Shown in pieces: positions 20,619 to 28,558 of a stretch of 64,000 nt of DNA. Origin of the DNA: a virus (Duplodnaviria > Caudoviricetes); IMG/VR virus record IMGVR_UViG_3300028048_000080, positions 60,581 through 124,580 of that record. One strand, given 5' to 3'. Positions within the stretch are counted from its first letter, which is position 1. Each line of letters opens with the position of its first letter. The translations under genes and the position numbers were made by a program. Below the pieces are notes generated by a model that worked only from the letters and a program-made list of their open reading frames with translations, was not told the DNA's origin and made no database searches.

Positions 20619-22385
20619 CTACCACATAGAGCGGCCCGAAAAACCTCCGGAACGTTTGCCCCAGAAATTATTAGAGCCTGATTTCCGTGAACTGCTGCCC
20701 ATAGGAACTTTCACCCATTGCTGATAGTCGCCGGGGCGTTCGCCCGGACCTTTACCTATTTGGGTCGGCGCCGGCCGTTTTTTCCACGGATTTATAGGAT
20801 TGGATATGTCGCGGAGAACGGCATTTTCGCGGCGCGTAATAGCATCGCCATGCAATTGCTTGATTTCGGTGCTAAACTGTACCGTCTTAATAGCTGCCGT
20901 TATATCCGGGAATTTTAATACGAATGCCAAGTGAGCAAGCCCTAACGCATCGACAAAATGCTCGTTTTTACTGGTGTATACGGGCATACCGTTGGCCGAG
21001 ATATGATCTACCTCGTAATCAATAAGCTGTTTGTGTAAGGTTTCGTCGAACGGAGACAATATGAGTCGGTCACGTTCGATATCCAGCTTTAACTGATTGA
21101 CCATGAATTGTTTGAGCGGTTCTTTTCGCATCTCTTTGGTGACCGGATCCATGATATCCAAGGATTCTTTGAACTGATAGCCAACTACTTTATTGCGCAA
21201 ATTGGTTTCAGGGTGCTCATCACCATAAATATGCAAACGCTCAATCTGATAGTCACCGTATCCACGGTCGCAGAAGATCCATGCCGGATTGTAAATCTTA
21301 TTTAATCTAATAACCCAGTTAACGGCGTTATCCAGGGTGTACTCGCCGCGCGGAACTTCTACTCTTTTCATTACCTTGAAACATCTTGTTTTCATATCGA
21401 AATCTAAGACTAGTAAAGAAGACCCGGCTGCATAAGCGTCCCAGTCAATCCCGATTGCGCGGAAGGGGTTATATGGAGCAGGATTGCTTTCATCATAGAT
21501 AAGGCGTTCTGGATGCCTTCCCGATTCTTCTAATCGACGCTGTTCGGTAGGAGTTAACTCGTTGTAGAGATAATACTCGCGCTTCATGGCGGCATCTAAT
21601 TTATCCTTATCGAATACACCCGCTTCTTCAGTGCCGAATTCAGCCAGGATTTCATGCTCATACTGGATTTCAGTAAGCTCGGCGCGGAACTGGTCTTCCA
21701 TCTCCTGGCACCAGTTCGGGTTATGCATGGACGGATGATAATGTTCGTGGTAGCCGAAGGACTCATCCATGCACATGCGGTAGAACGTACCGCGTTTACC
21801 GGTTGGGGTAGAAGAAGCCGTAATGCCGATTTCCACACGTTCGCCGGCAATAGCTGCTACGGTGGAGTAGTCAAGCTCGCCCATGTAGTCAATTTCGTCC
21901 ATATAGATCCAGTCTGCTTTCTGTCCGCGGACTGAAGCTGCGCCAGAACCTGATGAAGCGCCCGTAGTAAAGCCCATTATAACGGAGCCATTAGAGAACT
22001 CGACGGTATAAGGAGAGTTTTTCATTTTAGTAATTTGAGCTTTTAAAAGCGGGCTGTCTGCTATAATCTCTCTTATACGCATAAAAATCAAGTTAACCTG
22101 TGTTTCGTAAGGGGTGACGTAAAGAATACGGAAATTTTTATTTGTGGAAGCCTTATGAAGACCGCCGACAACCATTGATTCGGTTTTGCCGCAGCGTCTT
22201 CCTAGACGGTAAACTACTCGTGTACCGTTATCTCTTAGCATTTCTTCCTGATAATCTCGAGCGGACCATGGTTCGAGCTTCTTAGTCTTAGGATTATTAA
22301 TCCGAAGAAAAGCCCTGGCCCATAATACGGGATCTGCCATTATCTTTTGTAGTTTAGCTTGTTCTATGGGAGATAATTTTGCCAT
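20619..22385 (-). CDS. terL: Terminase large subunit
   Basis: YQ motif, GRRCGKT Walker A, VRGQ..WIYMDE Walker B, SSTPTG coupling motif, IGIDW nuclease Asp, EHFVDAL. Confidence 0.95.
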   Translation of the reverse strand: MAKLSPIEQAKLQKIMADPVLWARAFLRINNPKTKKLEPWSARDYQEEMLRDNGTRVVYRLGRRCGKTESMVVGGLHKASTNKNFRILYVTPYETQVNLIFMRIREIIADSPLLKAQITKMKNSPYTVEFSNGSVIMGFTTGASSGSGAASVRGQKADWIYMDEIDYMGELDYSTVAAIAGERVEIGITASSTPTGKRGTFYRMCMDESFGYHEHYHPSMHNPNWCQEMEDQFRAELTEIQYEHEILAEFGTEEAGVFDKDKLDAAMKREYYLYNELTPTEQRRLEESGRHPERLIYDESNPAPYNPFRAIGIDWDAYAAGSSLLVLDFDMKTRCFKVMKRVEVPRGEYTLDNAVNWVIRLNKIYNPAWIFCDRGYGDYQIERLHIYGDEHPETNLRNKVVGYQFKESLDIMDPVTKEMRKEPLKQFMVNQLKLDIERDRLILSPFDETLHKQLIDYEVDHISANGMPVYTSKNEHFVDALGLAHLAFVLKFPDITAAIKTVQFSTEIKQLHGDAITRRENAVLRDISNPINPWKKRPAPTQIGKGPGERPGDYQQWVKVPMGSSSRKSGSNNFWGKRSGGFSGRSMW

Positions 22386-22390
22386 ATTAA

Positions 22391-23926
22391 TTAAATTTGT
22401 GAGCTGTATAAATCACTGTTAGAACGTCTACCTCTTGAATCTGAAAGGGCTAATACGGATGCGCCGGCTACTCCGAGCATTGCTCCGCTTGCCGCCCGAT
22501 TACCTAGCATATAATTAGCGATGCCTGGGCCGTCAGCTATTCTCTTATCGAAGTGAGCGTTGATATTCTTCTCTAACTCTGCGCCGCTCATACCTTCCTT
22601 ATAGTTAATACCGGTTTCTTCCATTAGCTTGGAGAAAGCTTCCTGATCTTTAGCCCCTTGCATTTTAGCCATTAAGTTTTGATAATCTTGTGCTACGCTC
22701 TTATGGAGATGCTTATTGGCGCCGGCTTCTATCCAGTTCATATTCTCGGTGTCGACGGCGCCGGTATATTTGCCGCCCGCAAACTTGTTAACCATTTCCG
22801 TAGTTTGCTGTTGAAACTCGGTAGGAGTATTGGAATATTTAGCCTTAAAACCTTCGATAGCTTCTTCAGCCTGGCCGACTTTGTTTGTTACAGAGGATTT
22901 AATTCCACCAACGGTTTCTGTTGCCTGATTGATTTTTTCCGCAGCAGTTGCTTTAAGGTTACTGATAGATGATTTGACGCTATTAAAGAATCCTTTGCCA
23001 TCTTTACGAGAACCGGTTACTTCGCCTTGTCCAGCCATACGGGCTTTTGCTTCGGCTGTTTCGGCTTCGCGAGAAGCTTGCGTACCGAGAGGGTTAGCGG
23101 CATCTACCTCGGACTGAACAGAACTTCCTGAAACAGAAGAATCGTTTTTGATTCTAAAATCATCTAGGTGCTTGCTTTGCTTGAACCGATAAACATCTTT
23201 AGGCGAATCAGGCGTGTTGTCAGGATTATACGCGCTCTGATGAGGTTCTTCTGGAGCTGGCTCGATTATTGGCTCAGGTTTTGGCTTTGGTTCCTCAGGA
23301 ATTTCTACGGGTTGCTCTACGACAGGCTCTTCTTTAGGCAATTCCCTTGGCTGTTCTACAGCGGGTTCTTCCTTAGGAATTTCCTTGGGAATTTCTGCTG
23401 GCTGTTCGACAGGAGGGGGAGCCGCAGGTTTTGGAGGTGCAGGTTTGGGAGCCGAAACGGAAGGGGCTTCTTCAGCCATTCTACTCCCTTGGCTATAAAG
23501 CGAAAAGCTACCTTTCTTGACGATATTGCCATTAACGTCGATAGAAGCCGGTACGATACTGCGTATTTGGTCTGGACTGTATACGTGTCCACCTTTAAAG
23601 TCGGAATCAAAAAAATATCCCCCGCCTGCGTAATCATGCACATCGCCGATATACCCGCCTCTTAAGGTGCCATGGGGAATAATATCGTACCCGCCACTCT
23701 TATTTGGGAGCCCTAAAAAACTTGCGTCACCAGTAATATTTTCACCCGTTATGGCCAGTTTTGGAGCCAATTCGGGATGGTTTATTCTTTGAGTGGAGTT
23801 AGTAGTCTGGAACGCAACCACGCCATATTTTTTTTCTAGGTCTCTGGCTACTGCGGTTCGTTGCATTTTTGCCGCTTTGGACATTTCAGACAATATTGTT
23901 TCAAATATTTTAGATGTGCCTGCCAT
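22391..23926 (-). CDS. Hypothetical, possibly internal virion protein (511 aa)
   Basis: PKEEP repeats; C-terminal hydrophobic Gly/Ala segment ASGAMLGVAGASVLAL. Confidence 0.65.
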   Translation of the reverse strand: MAGTSKIFETILSEMSKAAKMQRTAVARDLEKKYGVVAFQTTNSTQRINHPELAPKLAITGENITGDASFLGLPNKSGGYDIIPHGTLRGGYIGDVHDYAGGGYFFDSDFKGGHVYSPDQIRSIVPASIDVNGNIVKKGSFSLYSQGSRMAEEAPSVSAPKPAPPKPAAPPPVEQPAEIPKEIPKEEPAVEQPRELPKEEPVVEQPVEIPEEPKPKPEPIIEPAPEEPHQSAYNPDNTPDSPKDVYRFKQSKHLDDFRIKNDSSVSGSSVQSEVDAANPLGTQASREAETAEAKARMAGQGEVTGSRKDGKGFFNSVKSSISNLKATAAEKINQATETVGGIKSSVTNKVGQAEEAIEGFKAKYSNTPTEFQQQTTEMVNKFAGGKYTGAVDTENMNWIEAGANKHLHKSVAQDYQNLMAKMQGAKDQEAFSKLMEETGINYKEGMSGAELEKNINAHFDKRIADGPGIANYMLGNRAASGAMLGVAGASVLALSDSRGRRSNSDLYSSQI

Positions 23927-23934
23927 TTAATCAC

Positions 23935-24372
23935 CTACTTCCTCATGTAACGGGCTTCGTTGCCCATCATCGCTTGTTGCATGTTATATCTACTTCTTTC
24001 GGCTATAGCCATACCTGCCTGACGCATAGTAAAAGCTTGCTGGGTGTCATCGAAGTGAGCGTTAACGAATGCTCTATTGGATGATGCCTTAGCCATATTA
24101 CGCTGATAAGTACCTATAGCATCTGAAGCAGTTACGGCGAGTTCAGGTAATTCCGTCGCCGCGAAATATGCCGCGTATGCCGGAGCACCTAACACGAAGG
24201 GGAGGGCGGCATCCACTACCGCGCCGGCCGCGGCGCCTAATTTGCTTCCGCCTTCTTCTCGGGCAGTTTGGTAAGAGTCAATACCCGCCCAAGCAGACAC
24301 GCCTACGTTAAAAGCCGTCATCTTATGATGTTTGGCGACATTGCCCAAGGCTTTACCTACCGCTCTTAACAT
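23935..24372 (-). CDS. Ala/Gly-rich hypothetical protein
   Basis: ORF with RBS; hydrophobic GAAAGAVV..LPFVLGAP segment. Confidence 0.7.
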   Translation of the reverse strand: MLRAVGKALGNVAKHHKMTAFNVGVSAWAGIDSYQTAREEGGSKLGAAAGAVVDAALPFVLGAPAYAAYFAATELPELAVTASDAIGTYQRNMAKASSNRAFVNAHFDDTQQAFTMRQAGMAIAERSRYNMQQAMMGNEARYMRK

Positions 24373-24388
24373 TTATATGTTCACCTAC

Positions 24389-24985
24389 TTATCCAAATCT
24401 ATTATTGTGAAGGGCAAAAACCAAGTCTCCCGTCGCGCCGCAATTATTAGCGTAAGAGGGAGTTTTTGCCGGCTCATAGTTAGGAGTAGCCGTTACTACG
24501 TTGCTGTCTACGGGGCCGACGCGGTTATCTTCATACTTCTGCGCGCCGCCTACTACGCCCGCAGCAAGAGCCGGCCCGAATAATGCCGCTTTGCCGAAAG
24601 TGCCTAACTTAAAGTGGGCATCTGTATGTTTTAGCTGTCCCGTTAAAGGATTGTAAACATCTTTAGCTTTCTCCCAGTCGCCCATGCCTTTAACCATAGC
24701 TTTGCCCATATGAACGAACTGGCCTACGGCATTGCGGGCACCTTCTTCATTGCGCGCCGCGTAAGCATCTTTTACGACCGCGGCAGTGCCTTTAGCTACG
24801 CCTTCGGCCGCATAAGCCGTTCCTTTAAGAGCGGCTTTGCCACCGTAATAAGCTACGGTGCCTATACCGCCCGCCGTTGCTTTGCCGACTTGATAGGCAC
24901 CTTTAGCCGCTGTGCCGACGACCGCTTTGGTTCCTTCCCACGCGGCAATCCTCGCCGCCGTGCCAATAGCTCCTAGTAACCCCAT
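24389..24985 (-). CDS. Ala/Gly-rich amphipathic repeat protein
   Basis: Roughly 11-residue GxAxKG repeats; RBS present. Confidence 0.7.
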   Translation of the reverse strand: MGLLGAIGTAARIAAWEGTKAVVGTAAKGAYQVGKATAGGIGTVAYYGGKAALKGTAYAAEGVAKGTAAVVKDAYAARNEEGARNAVGQFVHMGKAMVKGMGDWEKAKDVYNPLTGQLKHTDAHFKLGTFGKAALFGPALAAGVVGGAQKYEDNRVGPVDSNVVTATPNYEPAKTPSYANNCGATGDLVFALHNNRFG

Positions 24986-24997
24986 CTCTTATACCTC

Positions 24998-25483
24998 TTA
25001 GTCATCGTCGGAAAGTACGCCGTAAGCACCTAAGCCTAATCCGGCCGCGACGCCAGCTATGCGCCCCTCAGAGAGCATACCGGTTTCGCCTGAGTAAAAC
25101 AGACTTGCGCCGCGGCTAAGATAGTGGTTTTTGCTATTAAGAGCTTTGTTAAACCCGTTAGAAACAAAGTTTTGTGGTGCGACACCAGTCCTCTTGCTTA
25201 TAATACCGGCTTTTCTGGCATCTGCGTACTCGCCCGCGGCTTGGCTATAAGCCGAAACCCTACTGTCAGCCTGGCCCATAATTGCTTTTCTTTCTGCAGG
25301 AGTATATCCAGCTGTAATAGCTCTGTTTCCGTCCATTACGGTGTGCCCTTTAGCTATTTCGTCCACTGCTTTTGTGACACGATTATTTCTAATGGCTGTT
25401 GCCCGGCCGGATATACTTTCCGCGGCAGCGAGGGTTTTATTAATCAGCGTTTTGCCGCCATCTAATAGTCCCATATTTATCAC
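24998..25483 (-). CDS. Hypothetical protein with C-terminal glycine zipper
   Basis: GRIAGVAAGLGLGAYGVL at the C-terminus. Confidence 0.7.
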   Translation of the reverse strand: MINMGLLDGGKTLINKTLAAAESISGRATAIRNNRVTKAVDEIAKGHTVMDGNRAITAGYTPAERKAIMGQADSRVSAYSQAAGEYADARKAGIISKRTGVAPQNFVSNGFNKALNSKNHYLSRGASLFYSGETGMLSEGRIAGVAAGLGLGAYGVLSDDD

Positions 25484-25623
25484 CTGTATTCTGCCGGGGG
25501 AAGTTTTTCTCCCGGATAATGTTAAATAAATTCTACGTCGGGAAATTTTCTATTCGAGAAAGGCGCCGTCGCCGTCTGCGGGGCAGAACGGCTTCCGCCC
25601 TTCGGGCGGGGCGTATCCATTTC

Positions 25624-26319
25624 TCATACTGAAATTCCCGAGCTGTCAATTACATCACGTAAAGTATCCGTAAGACTCTGCGTATCGTCGTCCTGGCCGG
25701 AATTCTTCTTATCCTTACGGGTAAGCATTAAGAGCTGATAAGTCTGGTCACGTTTCTTAGACACTTTCTCGTATGCTTCCCATGCTTTAGAGACGGCAGG
25801 TTGACGTACTTCATTGCCGTCCTGGTCAATGCCGATAGCCATGTCGATAACGGGAGTACCGTCTTTAGCCAGTAAAGCCTTACATCTCTCTAACATGACA
25901 TCCAGCATGATAAGTTCACTCATTAGATTACGATCCGTAAAAGAAGCGTTGTCATAATCGATATCCTGCGCATAGCGCGTGGCGCGATATTGAATCTGCC
26001 CGATTTCCCATGCGCAGTAGCCACCGACCTGTGCTCTTCCGTTAGGAAGCAGGATGCACTGCTCGGCGTACGGGCATTCATCGCCTTTACATACGAGAGG
26101 TACCCGGCTATACATGCCATTAGTCATAGCGATGCCGGCCATAGACAGGCGTACGGCATCCAACCCCTTGTAATCAAGTCCCCAAACATTCCCGCTTTTC
26201 TGCATGTTGGCGATAATCTGATTGGTTTCCGCTTCAAGTTCTTCACGCGTAATCTCTTCAGGATCTTCGATAAGCATCGAATCGATATCTGTAGATTTCT
26301 CTTTATTTTCTTCAGCCAA
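25624..26319 (-). CDS. Probable terminase small subunit
   Basis: DGNEVRQPAV..AW...YQLLMLTRKDK resembles the helical-hairpin end of TerS proteins; near the start of the late operon; CxxxxCPYxxxC motif. Confidence 0.5.
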   Translation of the reverse strand: MAEENKEKSTDIDSMLIEDPEEITREELEAETNQIIANMQKSGNVWGLDYKGLDAVRLSMAGIAMTNGMYSRVPLVCKGDECPYAEQCILLPNGRAQVGGYCAWEIGQIQYRATRYAQDIDYDNASFTDRNLMSELIMLDVMLERCKALLAKDGTPVIDMAIGIDQDGNEVRQPAVSKAWEAYEKVSKKRDQTYQLLMLTRKDKKNSGQDDDTQSLTDTLRDVIDSSGISV

Positions 26320-26602
26320 CGTATTTCACTTCCTTTAAGTTGTCCGCCATGCCGAAAGCCTTGGCCGTAAAAGAATACAGGACGTAATCTTCTTCGGAGC
26401 CAAAAGCTTCCTGATACACGCGGATACCGCTCAATAAATAGCGTTCGTTTTCTATAGTGCTAATCTCCGGGAGATACCCCGAAGCCGTCTTAAACTGGCC
26501 TTCAATGGTCATAAGAGGCGGATTCTTCGTCGTATCGTAATCGATAGAGAACGAGAACTCGCCTTCAACCATAAAAGAGCCGTTGATGCATACCTTAGAC
26601 AT
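26312..26602 (-). CDS. Hypothetical protein (96 aa)
   Basis: AAGGAG RBS; overlaps the next gene. Confidence 0.7.
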   Translation of the reverse strand: MSKVCINGSFMVEGEFSFSIDYDTTKNPPLMTIEGQFKTASGYLPEISTIENERYLLSGIRVYQEAFGSEEDYVLYSFTAKAFGMADNLKEVKYVG

Positions 26603-26632
26603 TTTCTCTCCTTTTCGTAGAATACTTACCGT

Positions 26633-26842
26633 TTATCTTCTGAGATTTAGAGGATTATTCATGTTAAGAGCCGTCGAGCCTGCGACTGCTCCCATACCAG
26701 CCAATCCAGCCACGGCCACGCTCTGAGTAGCGCTATCTGCCTGATTAAAAGCCGCCTTGTATTCATGCGCCGCGCTTTTCATGATATCGGCGCCGGTTTT
26801 TCCTAACCCTGAAATCTGATTATAAATGGAACCTATACCCAT
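26633..26842 (-). CDS. Small Gly/Ala-rich protein; first gene of the leftward operon
   Basis: AAGGAG RBS; VAVAGLAGMGAVAG segment. Confidence 0.7.
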   Translation of the reverse strand: MGIGSIYNQISGLGKTGADIMKSAAHEYKAAFNQADSATQSVAVAGLAGMGAVAGSTALNMNNPLNLRR

Positions 26843-27141
26843 ATCGTAAACATCTCCTTATGGAATTTAAGTTGTTCATCAAAATATATTACCGCCGCGT
26901 ATGCGGCAATAAAATATGCCCCTCATTGCCATTTTGTAGATTACTTTATATAGGCGATAAAGGGCATAAAATATATAATTTGGTGCGAATTGTCTGACAA
27001 TTTCCTATAGGGCGTGAAAAATGTAAAAAATTTTTCGGGGTACCAGGTGTAAATGGGGAAAAAGCGGGAGGCAGAAATCGAGCCCCCACCCCCAGTTTCC
27101 CGGCACAAAGGTGACCGGGACATGATGAGGAGGAAAACATC

Positions 27142-27642
27142 ATGAAAAATATTATAAAAGCTATCGCTATTGTTATGAGCAGCTTGCTGCTCATGATTTT
27201 CTTTGCACCAGAGTGCTTGGTGCAAATGACCAAGCCCTTCATGGGCAAAAACTACCAGAATCTCGTCCTGGTAGACAGCTGGGACGAGAAAAATAATGAG
27301 GACATGTTCTACCTGTACCTTTCAAGGGACGGGAAAACTGCCCATGTGATTTTCCATGGGGGCCCCAATGGAGAAACCCATTGGGGCGATGCTCGTGGAG
27401 CAGTCGAAGAAATCTGGCTGCATCACGAGGAAGAGATGGAACACGTAGACACAGTCGTGTTCCATTGCTGCTATCCGGCAGCACAGCCTTCTCTCTTCTT
27501 CGTAAGAGGAGGAAAGGTGGCGGTAATGCGCGGGGAACGTAAGGCCTGCGCGTATTACCGCAACACACGGAGTGATGGGTTCTCCATTACTCCGGACCCG
27601 CAGAGCCTGGTAAAGGAAACTTTACTGGGCTTTGTACACTAA
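27142..27642 (+). CDS. Signal/membrane-anchored protein, possible caspase-like His-Cys fold
   Basis: GAGGAGG RBS; N-terminal hydrophobic helix; VIFHG and VVFHCCY motifs. Confidence 0.55.
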   Translation: MKNIIKAIAIVMSSLLLMIFFAPECLVQMTKPFMGKNYQNLVLVDSWDEKNNEDMFYLYLSRDGKTAHVIFHGGPNGETHWGDARGAVEEIWLHHEEEMEHVDTVVFHCCYPAAQPSLFFVRGGKVAVMRGERKACAYYRNTRSDGFSITPDPQSLVKETLLGFVH

Positions 27643-27689
27643 AAGCCCCTGTCAGCAGGGGCTTGGCCACCAGAAAGGAAGTGACAAAG

Positions 27690-27926
27690 ATGATCTGGTT
27701 AGCAGATCAGACCGTTATTGAGGTTATGGCACGCGCGCAGAAAGCTGTCCGTAACAGCCATAGTACGGTCGAAATTGAAAAGGAGCCGTCCTCAACACTG
27801 ACCAGTGTGTACCTGGTCAGAAAGGACGGTTCCCATGATCTGTACCGGCGGTTCAACACACGCCTAACCGGTGCAGAAATCGCCGCATGCATTGAGCATG
27901 CGGAAAGAAAAATTATGGGGGTATAA
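27690..27926 (+). CDS. Hypothetical protein
   Basis: AAAGGA RBS before ATG 27690. Confidence 0.65.
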   Translation: MIWLADQTVIEVMARAQKAVRNSHSTVEIEKEPSSTLTSVYLVRKDGSHDLYRRFNTRLTGAEIAACIEHAERKIMGV

Positions 27927-28043
27927 CCCCTTCCTCGCCCTAGTTGACACTAGGGCATGCCGGAGAGCTGGTGCTACCAACACTGGCTCTCAAGTTTATT
28001 TGTCAACGCCCCTATAAAAGAGGGGCGAAGGAGGCTAATTACT

Positions 28044-28232
28044 ATGTTTACTGAAGTTATTATTCTGTTCGCTGTTGTTTCTATCGTTGTTGCTCCCCTG
28101 GCTATGTTTATGAGCTTCTGCGACTGGGCTCATGATAACCACCGTGTGCCATTCTTTGTGAAATTGTATCGCACATGGAGCCGCAACAAAGGCGAGCGCA
28201 TTGTCGCTGACGCCAAGGAAACCGTTCGTTAA
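28044..28232 (+). CDS. Small membrane protein
   Basis: AAGGAGG RBS before ATG 28044; MFTEVIILFAVVSIVVAPLAMF. Confidence 0.7.
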   Translation: MFTEVIILFAVVSIVVAPLAMFMSFCDWAHDNHRVPFFVKLYRTWSRNKGERIVADAKETVR

Positions 28233-28354
28233 TTCTATGTCCTGTCATAAGACGTTAAACTGGGCAGCCCACTAGTAGGGGTATAAGGACTACTAGGGTC
28301 TTCAGGAAGGGCTAGGACCAACCAAGCCCTTCACCAAAGAAAGGAGTTGGTATA

Positions 28355-28432
28355 ATGCTGAGCAAGCTCAAAGCTATCCTTGAAGTTGTCTGGCTGATAA
28401 TCGAGATTACCGAGACATTCTTTAAAGACTGA
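28355..28432 (+). CDS. 25-aa hydrophobic peptide (type I toxin-like)
   Basis: AAAGGAG RBS; MLSKLKAILEVVWLIIEITETFFKD; not in the ORF track. Confidence 0.55.
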   Translation: MLSKLKAILEVVWLIIEITETFFKD

Positions 28433-28502
28433 TTAGGAGGATAGCGTAAGACGGGGTGGAGAGGAGTGACAGCTCCTCTCTGCTCTTGTTGCTCATGCAT
28501 AT

Positions 28503-28531
28503 ATTATACTCCACTTGGTTTTCTATGTCCA
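28503..28531 (-). promoter_or_regulatory. sigmaA-type antisense promoter
   Basis: TGGACA-17bp-TATAAT on the minus strand, pointing into the peptide ORF. Confidence 0.7.
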
Positions 28532-28558
28532 TTGTTAGTTTTTTAGGAGGCAAAGAAA

